Assembly: GCA_023512015.1 (NCBI GenBank)
Contig: JAIMAI010000011.1
Location: 420 to 64,419 of the forward strand
Direction of reading: 5' to 3'
Origin: Acidothermus sp.
GTDB taxonomy: Bacteria > Actinomycetota > Actinomycetes > Acidothermales > Acidothermaceae
Length of the DNA stretch: 64,000 bases
Both the position numbers and the translations under genes were made by a program. Positions 57,733 to 64,000 of this stretch are shown here, piece by piece. Each line of letters starts with the position of its first letter. Positions within the stretch are counted from its first letter, which is position 1. The notes under the pieces were generated by a model. The model searched no databases. It had not been told where the DNA came from and saw only the letters and a list, made by a program, of their open reading frames with translations.

Positions 57733-58941
57733 GTGGTTTTCACGGCGGAATCGACGGCTTCGCCCTCCCCACGCGCTGAATCCGAGCACGCCACCGTGCT
57801 CGTGTGGTCCGACACCCTGCTGGGCTACGATTTCGGTCCCACCCATCCGCTCGCCCCGATCCGGGTCGCGCTCACGATTGCGCTTGCCCGCGACCTCGGG
57901 ATTCTGGACCTGCCGTCGGTGCGGGTGATGGAGCCCGACGCTCCCGACGAGGCGTTCGTGGCCGCCGTCCACGACCCCGAATACATCGAGGCCGTGCGGG
58001 CCGAGCAGCCGGATCTGCGTTTCGGGCTGGGAACGGTGGATGTCCCGGTATTCGCGGGCATGCACCAGGCGGCCGCCCGCGTAGTAGCCGCGTCGGTGAC
58101 CGCCGCCCGCGTGGTATTCGAGGGGGAAGCTCGTCACGCGATCAACATCGCCGGAGGACTGCATCACGCGATGCCGCGCGCGGCGTCCGGATTTTGCGTG
58201 TACAACGACCCGGCGGCGGCGATCCGTTGGCTGCTCGATCGCGGCGTTTCCCGCATCGGCTACGTCGACATCGACGTGCACCACGGCGACGGCGTCCAGG
58301 CGATTTTCTACGACGACCCCCGGGTACTCACCATTTCGTTGCACCAGGATGGCCGCACGCTCTTCCCCGGAACCGGCGCCCCGAACGAAACCGGAGGACC
58401 GCACGGGCGCGGAACCGCGGTCAACGTGGCCCTTCCGCCGGGCACCGGGGACGCCGGATGGCTGCGGGCTTTCCACGCGATCGTGCCGCCGCTGCTGCGC
58501 GCCTTCCAGCCGGAAATCCTGGTCACCCAGCACGGCTGCGATACCCACGCTCTCGACCCGCTGGCCCAGCTTCGACTCAGCGTCGACGGGCAGCGTGCCG
58601 CGCACGCCGCGCTGCACACGCTGGCGCACGAGGTCACCGACGGGCGGTGGGTCGCCACCGGTGGCGGGGGTTACGCGCTGGCGCAGGTGGTTCCGCGGAG
58701 TTGGACCCACCTGATCGCCGAAGCCGCAGGCCACCCGCTCGCGCCGCACACCGCGACACCGCCGCAGTGGCGGGAGCGCGCGGCCGCGGTGGACGCGAAC
58801 CCGCCGCCGTCCATGACGGACGGCACCACGCCGCAGTGGACGGACGTCGCAGCAGGGCTGAACCCGGCGGATCCGGTGGACCGAGCGATCCTCGCGACGA
58901 TGCGGGCCGTCTTTCCCGAACAGGGAATACCGATCCCATAG
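57733..58941 (+). CDS. acuC: AcuC-like Zn-dependent deacetylase (HDAC family)
   Basis: GGLHHA, SGFCVYND, DIDVHHGDG, GGGGY. Confidence 0.92.
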   Translation: MVFTAESTASPSPRAESEHATVLVWSDTLLGYDFGPTHPLAPIRVALTIALARDLGILDLPSVRVMEPDAPDEAFVAAVHDPEYIEAVRAEQPDLRFGLGTVDVPVFAGMHQAAARVVAASVTAARVVFEGEARHAINIAGGLHHAMPRAASGFCVYNDPAAAIRWLLDRGVSRIGYVDIDVHHGDGVQAIFYDDPRVLTISLHQDGRTLFPGTGAPNETGGPHGRGTAVNVALPPGTGDAGWLRAFHAIVPPLLRAFQPEILVTQHGCDTHALDPLAQLRLSVDGQRAAHAALHTLAHEVTDGRWVATGGGGYALAQVVPRSWTHLIAEAAGHPLAPHTATPPQWRERAAAVDANPPPSMTDGTTPQWTDVAAGLNPADPVDRAILATMRAVFPEQGIPIP

Positions 58942-58969
58942 GGAGACCTCTTTCGGATAAGAATATCGA

Positions 58970-59824
58970 GTGCAAAGGAGTTTCCCGGTGCCCGATGATC
59001 GGCTGTCCCCGGCCGGTGATCCGCCTACCATTTCCAGTCGGGACGAGCTCGCCCATTACCTGGTGCAGACCCGAATTTCCGGTCCGGTCCGCACCCCCCG
59101 CGAACACAATCTGGCCAATTACCGGCTGCTCGCGGACCGCGATCCCGATTACCTCTTCGGCTTGGATCCCGAAGGGAAGTGGGAATTTGCCGACATCCTC
59201 GCGTTGATGGCCCACCGGGTCGGGGTGGACCCGGACCCGGCATACGACAGCGGCGAGGACACCATCGCGGTCGAACGGACGATCGAACGACTCGAAGCGA
59301 TGGCCGAGGTGCTCCGCACCTTCGCGCGCCCCGGCACCCGGGTGCTCATCGCGACGGGGCATCCCACCGGGCTTCTCGCCGTCCACCTGGAAATCGCCCA
59401 GTTGCTGCGGGAAGCCGGAGCGATCCTGCTCCACCCGGAAACCCGCTGGGAAGAGAGGGAATCCTCGGGCCGCAGCCGCGAACGCCATCTCCGCTTCATC
59501 CGTGGAGTGGGAGTGGTGGCTCGGGGAGCCAACCTGCTTCACACGCATTCGCCAGAGCCGGTCCGCCGGGCGCTCGCGGTCTTGGAAGAAAGCGGTGAAG
59601 ATGTGCCGGACCTCGTGGTCGGCGACCACGGGTGCGCCGGTGCCGCCGGCGCGGCGGGAATCCCGACTGTCGCCTTCGCAGATTCCAACGATCCGGCGCT
59701 GTTCGTCGGCGAGGAGGAAGGACTCATCAGGGTCTGTGTGCCGCTGGACGACAACGTGGCGCCGCATTTGTACGATCCGCTCTCCGGGTGGCTGCGCCGG
59801 TGTGTGGCCACGACCGCAGGCTGA
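58970..59824 (+). CDS. Actinobacterial putative phosphatase family protein
   Basis: TPREHN, ATGHPTGL, HTHSP, VGDHG, ADSNDPALFVGE, PLDD; usual neighbour of acuC. Confidence 0.75.
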   Translation: MQRSFPVPDDRLSPAGDPPTISSRDELAHYLVQTRISGPVRTPREHNLANYRLLADRDPDYLFGLDPEGKWEFADILALMAHRVGVDPDPAYDSGEDTIAVERTIERLEAMAEVLRTFARPGTRVLIATGHPTGLLAVHLEIAQLLREAGAILLHPETRWEERESSGRSRERHLRFIRGVGVVARGANLLHTHSPEPVRRALAVLEESGEDVPDLVVGDHGCAGAAGAAGIPTVAFADSNDPALFVGEEEGLIRVCVPLDDNVAPHLYDPLSGWLRRCVATTAG

Positions 59825-60029
59825 CGGCGGGACGACGGACGGCGCGGGAGGTGCGCCCCACCCTCCCCGTCGATGAGGCGTGATTCCCCCACCCGGGTAC
59901 GTGTTGTTCGCCACGTGAGATAACCACTTCCCCACCAGCCCCAAGAACGCTACCCTCGGTAACACACGTGCTGATCGTCTCGCCGGAGGGGAAGCCGGCG
60001 TCGGTCACGTGCCGAAGGTCTGGTGTGAC

Positions 60030-60287
60030 ATGAGCACAGCGCAGCGGCCCGGACACGATCCGGGACGTGGACGCACCCGCGGGGGGCGTGCCGGCGATCG
60101 GGGTCTCGCCGAGATACGTTTCCTCACCGTCGCTGAAGTAGCGGCCATGATGCGGGTCTCCAAGATGACCGTCTACCGCCTCATCCACGGGGGCGAACTC
60201 CCCGCCGCACGGGTGGGACGGTCGTACCGAGTGCCGGAGCAGGCGGTACACGACTACCTGCGAAAGGCCTTCATCGAAGCCGGGTGA
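60030..60287 (+). CDS. Excisionase-like HTH DNA-binding protein (Rv0500A-like)
   Basis: FLTVAEVAAMMRVSKMTVYRLIHGGELPAARVGRSYRV. Confidence 0.9.
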   Translation: MSTAQRPGHDPGRGRTRGGRAGDRGLAEIRFLTVAEVAAMMRVSKMTVYRLIHGGELPAARVGRSYRVPEQAVHDYLRKAFIEAG

Positions 60288-60399
60288 CCCGGCCCGCCCG
60301 TGCCGTCGCCGTTCTCGGCAGGTAACCTTGGGCTTTGCGTCGCGTCCGGCATGCCCGGGCGCGGCTCGAAGGAGCGTGCACCAGGAAGGCGAGTGAGTC

Positions 60400-60498
60400 G
60401 TGGGATCGGTTATCAAGAAACGACGCAAGCGCATGGCGAAGAAGAAGCACCGCAAGCTTCTCAAGCGTACGCGTGTCCAGCGTCGCAACAAGAAATAG
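60400..60498 (+). CDS. 30S ribosomal protein bS22
   Basis: Manual translation [32 protein letters not shown] (32 aa); not in ORF track. Confidence 0.95.
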   Translation: MGSVIKKRRKRMAKKKHRKLLKRTRVQRRNKK

Positions 60499-60523
60499 CG
60501 GTCCGCGACGATTCGTCGCTCCT

Positions 60524-60550
60524 CCTTCCGCCGGAGACGGCGAAGGTTTT
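60524..60550 (+). terminator. Intrinsic terminator after bS22
   Basis: CCTTCCGCCG-GAGA-CGGCGAAGG followed by TTTT. Confidence 0.7.
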
Positions 60551-60557
60551 GTGAGCA

Positions 60558-61412
60558 TCAAACGGGGATTTTTGCCACCAGCGACGCGAAACTGAGCAGC
60601 CGGGAAACCGGGTCGGTAGCCCCGGCGAGCGGCGGAGCCGGACTGGCCGCCAATGCCGCCAGGCTCGTGCCGAATTCCGTCTCGCTCGGGGCGGGCGTGG
60701 GGCGCGACGTGGGAGGCGCGGCGGAGGCCGTGGAGCCGGGCGCGGGAGCGGCGGGAGCCGTCGGGTGCTGCGGAACCTCGGGATTCGCCGAGGGTTTGCC
60801 GGACCCGGAGTTCGAGGAGGCCCTCCGCGGGGCCACGACCTGCGACGGCGGTGCGGACGGGGGCGACGTCGCGGCCGCGCCGGTCCGCGGAGCGGCACTA
60901 GCCGAGGGCTGGGAAATTTGCTGCGGGGCCGACATCGGACGGCGGAAATCGACCACCACCCAAAGAATGGGACAACCGCAGCTCGGGTAGATCGAACTCG
61001 CCGCACCGACGCCCATTTGGGTGAAGCGAGGATCGAGGATATTCGCGCGATGCGGCGCACTGTTCATGAAGGCTTGCTGCACGCTCGGGATATCGACGGC
61101 CATTCCGACGTTCTCCCCGAGCAAAGTCCAATTCGAAATCTGATCCTGCAGATTCGGATTGTGGGCCAATACCCTGGTGGCCGCCAGGTGATTCGCCCAA
61201 TCCTGCGCCACCGCGGACATGCCGGCGTCCACTCGGAGCGGGGGAAGGCCCGCCGCGGCACGCGCGGCGTTGGTCGCAGCAGCGAGATCGGAGGCGGGAC
61301 TCGCCCACGCCGGGACGGCGGTGGTCACCGCTCCGGAGGCAACCGCCGCGAGCGGGACGACGATCCCGACCACCGTGCGGGCCAACCGGCGGCGTACCGC
61401 ACCGAACGCCAT
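60558..61412 (-). CDS. Secreted CAP/SCP-domain protein with Pro/Ser/Ala tail
   Basis: NAARAAAGLPPL, LAHN, GENVG, FMNSAPHRANIL, MGVG. Confidence 0.9.
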   Translation of the reverse strand: MAFGAVRRRLARTVVGIVVPLAAVASGAVTTAVPAWASPASDLAAATNAARAAAGLPPLRVDAGMSAVAQDWANHLAATRVLAHNPNLQDQISNWTLLGENVGMAVDIPSVQQAFMNSAPHRANILDPRFTQMGVGAASSIYPSCGCPILWVVVDFRRPMSAPQQISQPSASAAPRTGAAATSPPSAPPSQVVAPRRASSNSGSGKPSANPEVPQHPTAPAAPAPGSTASAAPPTSRPTPAPSETEFGTSLAALAASPAPPLAGATDPVSRLLSFASLVAKIPV

Positions 61413-61528
61413 CGCTCGAGTCCTCTCCCGCCCTCCAAGCAGGGCGACATCGGATGCCTCGGCCGGCGATCGGGGGGTCTTGAGGAACGACGGGCGGAAA
61501 GCAAGCACCGGAACCGGACAATGGCGGG

Positions 61529-61780
61529 GTGGAACAGCGGATCGGACCTCGGATCGTCCTCTACGGCAAGCCCGGATGCCACCTGTGCGACGAAGCCAGA
61601 CTGATCGTCGCCGCGGTAGCCGCGGAATTCGGCGAAGAATTCACCGAACGCGACATCCGAGACGACCCCGAGGATTTGCGCGAATACGGCGAATGGATTC
61701 CGGTGGTCGTAGTGGACGGCGTGGAAATCGGCAGGTTGCGCATCCGTACCGAGGATCTGCGCAGGGCCCTGTCCCGATGA
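61529..61780 (+). CDS. Glutaredoxin-like protein (DUF836)
   Basis: YGKPGCHLCDEA...IPVVVVDG; GACAAT-N6-GTG. Confidence 0.9.
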   Translation: MEQRIGPRIVLYGKPGCHLCDEARLIVAAVAAEFGEEFTERDIRDDPEDLREYGEWIPVVVVDGVEIGRLRIRTEDLRRALSR

Positions 61781-61801
61781 GCCGGGCCTTGTCCCGATGA
61801 G
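61764..61801. repeat. Near-exact tandem duplication (20-bp period) at the glutaredoxin stop
   Basis: GGGCCCTGTCCCGATGAG / GGGCCTTGTCCCGATGAG. Confidence 0.85.
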
Positions 61802-61842
61802 GAGGACCGAAACCGAAAGGGCGGTCGCGACGTCCAAGAGAC

Positions 61843-63048
61843 ATGCGTATTCGACCCTCGGGCGCCGCGCCCGCGGTCGGGGCGGTCCTCGCGGTCGGCG
61901 CGGTGCTCGCGGCCTGCGCCGCCCCGGCTCCCCCGTCCGCCGCACCTCCCACCCTCGTGCTGGGTGAACTGACCGGGGCGATCGCCAAGGCCGCCGGCTC
62001 CGACGTCGCCCCGGGATACCGGTTCCCCACGGCCTTCCCCTCCACCCCGACGTCCGCGCAGGTGTGGCGAGTGCCGGGGACCGCGCTCGACACCGACGCG
62101 GTCGTGCGCCTGGCACGGGCCCTGCACCTCGAGCCCGCCGTGCGGGAGCACGCCCACGGCTGGGTGGTGTCGTCGTCCGCAGGCGAACTGCGGGTACGGG
62201 CGGACACCGGCGAATGGGTCTACACCCGTGCCGATCGCCTGAGCTGCCCCCCTCGCATGCTCGACGTGGACCAAGCCGACCCGCTGGAGGGCACCGTCGG
62301 ATGTGCGGTCGCAAGCCCGGTCACACCCGGAGCGACTCCGCCGCCTCCCACCCCAGCGCCGGCGGACGCCACCGCCCGGGAGCTCGCCACCCCCGTGATC
62401 GACGTAGTGCGCACGTTGGGCGGCGGCATCCTGGCGGGCACGCCGGTAGTCGAGCGCTACGACGACACGGCCGCCGTCCGGTTCCGCCCGACGGTCGATG
62501 GGTGGCCGACGCTGGGTCTCGACACGACCGTGGACGTCGATGCTCGGGGAATCCGAGACGCGGCGGGATGGCTCGCCGCCCCCACGGCCGGAGCCCGCTA
62601 CCCGCTACGTTCGGCAGCGCAAGCGGCCCGGGATCTGAGCACGCTGCCACAGCCGGCGATCGCCTGCCCCTTGGTCGGAGCCCCCGAGCCGATGCCTCCC
62701 GGCCCATGCCGAACGCAACCGCCGACCATCACCGCCGTCCGACTTGGACTACTGCTCGCCTGGGACCAGTCGGGCTCGCTTCCACGCCCGATCCTCGTTC
62801 CCGCATGGTTCTTCGCCACCGACGCCGGCAGCGAGCCGATCCCGATCGTGGCCGTCGACCCCCGCTATCTCGGGGAAAAGACGGCGGCCGGCTCGCCTGC
62901 ACCGTCCGGCTCGGCGGTGCCGCCGGTCCCGCCGTCGCCGAACGGCCCGCCGGACGACGCTCCGCCCCAACCGGCGTCGTCGGACGGCTCGCCGCAGCCG
63001 GCGCCGTCCGAGGGAACCTCGCGAGCGGACACGGCGCCCACGAAGTGA
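61843..63048 (+). CDS. Pro-rich hypothetical lipoprotein
   Basis: Lipobox LAAC; two Cys pairs; ILVPAWFF motif. Confidence 0.7.
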   Translation: MRIRPSGAAPAVGAVLAVGAVLAACAAPAPPSAAPPTLVLGELTGAIAKAAGSDVAPGYRFPTAFPSTPTSAQVWRVPGTALDTDAVVRLARALHLEPAVREHAHGWVVSSSAGELRVRADTGEWVYTRADRLSCPPRMLDVDQADPLEGTVGCAVASPVTPGATPPPPTPAPADATARELATPVIDVVRTLGGGILAGTPVVERYDDTAAVRFRPTVDGWPTLGLDTTVDVDARGIRDAAGWLAAPTAGARYPLRSAAQAARDLSTLPQPAIACPLVGAPEPMPPGPCRTQPPTITAVRLGLLLAWDQSGSLPRPILVPAWFFATDAGSEPIPIVAVDPRYLGEKTAAGSPAPSGSAVPPVPPSPNGPPDDAPPQPASSDGSPQPAPSEGTSRADTAPTK

Positions 63049-63107
63049 TCACCACGGGGTGACGTAACACCGGCAGGGGCTCCCCACCCGACCAAGATCG
63101 CCCGATT

Positions 63108-63125
63108 TTGTGCACGCATTCACAA
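63108..63125. promoter_or_regulatory. Rex operator upstream of rex-hemA
   Basis: TTGTGCA-CGCA-TTCACAA. Confidence 0.88.
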
Positions 63126-63209
63126 AGTCGTAGGCTTGTCCCGACGCCGCCGGAGGCGGCCGGACCTCCCCGCCACGAAGCGGGAAAGCCTGGATCATTC
63201 GGAGCGATA

Positions 63210-63974
63210 GTGCGTCCCCGCAACACGACAGACGGCATCCCCGAAGCGTCGATCGCACGGCTCCCGGTGTACCTGAGAGCCCTGCAGAGTCTCGCCGATC
63301 AAGGAGTGACGACGGTCTCCTCCCATCAGCTGGCGATCGCCGCGGGAGTGAACCCCGCCAAACTCCGAAAAGATCTCTCCCATCTCGGCTCCTACGGGAC
63401 CCGCGGAGTCGGCTACGAAGTCGACTACTTGATCTACCAGATTTCCCGCGAACTCGGGCTCACCCAGGACTGGGCGGTCGCCATCGTCGGAGTGGGAAAC
63501 CTCGGTCGCGCACTGGCCAACTACGGGGGTTTCGCCAGCCGGGGATTCCAGATCGCCTGCCTCTTCGACGCCGACCCGCGTCAAATCGGTACCCGGGTCG
63601 GCCACCACGTCGTCCACGACATCGCCGATCTCGAACGAATCGTCGTCGAGAAACGGGTGGCGATCGGCGTCATCGCCACCCCCGCGGCCGCCGCGCAGCA
63701 GGTCTGCGACCGCCTGGTCGCCGCCGGGATCCGCAGCATCCTGAACTTCGCCCCCACCGTGCTCTCCGTCCCCCCGACGGTCGAAGTCCGCAAGGTCGAT
63801 CTCTCGACCGAGTTGCAAATCCTGGCTTTCCACGCTCAACGCCGCGCCCTCAGCGAGCTCGAAGCCCTCGACGTCATCGACTACCCCGACATCGAGCGGC
63901 TCGACCCGCGCGCGGTGTCCCGAGCGGACGAACCCCCCGACCGTCCACGAAGGGTCGCCGGAGTGTCGAGATGA
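63210..63974 (+). CDS. rex: Redox-sensing transcriptional repressor Rex
   Basis: RLPVYLR, LRKDLSHLGSYGTRGVGY, GVGNLG, ILNFAP; GTG 63210. Confidence 0.96.
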   Translation: MRPRNTTDGIPEASIARLPVYLRALQSLADQGVTTVSSHQLAIAAGVNPAKLRKDLSHLGSYGTRGVGYEVDYLIYQISRELGLTQDWAVAIVGVGNLGRALANYGGFASRGFQIACLFDADPRQIGTRVGHHVVHDIADLERIVVEKRVAIGVIATPAAAAQQVCDRLVAAGIRSILNFAPTVLSVPPTVEVRKVDLSTELQILAFHAQRRALSELEALDVIDYPDIERLDPRAVSRADEPPDRPRRVAGVSR

Positions 63975-64000
63975 GCCTGCTGTGCCTCGGACTCTCGCAC
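63971..64000 (+). CDS. hemA: Glutamyl-tRNA reductase, 5' end only
   Basis: MSLLCLGLSH; ATGA overlap with rex; rex-hemA synteny. Confidence 0.8.
   Translation, partial: MSLLCLGLSH

Noticed and set aside
60030-60287. Excisionase-like genes (also 41997-42221) as evidence of a mobile element
   Set aside because: Both match conserved chromosomal regulators (Rv0500A-like, BldC) with no phage genes nearby.

Overview
High-GC actinobacterial chromosome segment. Gene order and content resemble Acidothermus cellulolyticus; this is from recall, not a database match. It is mostly core genome: nusG-secE-tRNA-Trp, an aminotransferase, murB, tetR, a MaoC pair, rpmG, tRNA-Met/Thr/Tyr, yajQ, korAB and a LacI-controlled sugar ABC transporter. 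A respiratory supercluster follows: polyprenyl synthase, complete nuoA-N, menJ, menG, futalosine-pathway genes (aminofutalosine deaminase, mqnC, mqnA, mqnE, ubiX/ubiA/ubiD homologs) and amtB-glnK. The right end holds cytochrome c biogenesis genes, PRODH-proC-acuC, bS22, rex and the start of hemA. Two accessory insertions stand out. One is a stand-alone HsdR_N-type nuclease inside the mqn cluster. The other is a ~3 kb islet (47.1-50.1 kb) with an ISAs1-like relic, its own sigma70 promoter and three coupled genes for exported proteins: a putative GH25/DUF1906-like cell-wall hydrolase, a small secreted partner and an Asp-box lipoprotein. This islet is the best candidate for an undescribed system. 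Regulatory signals read from the sequence include two Rex boxes, a LacI-type operator, a GlnR-like box, many leaderless promoters and a leaderless uORF coupled to mqnA. No CRISPR array, rRNA or intact mobile element was seen.
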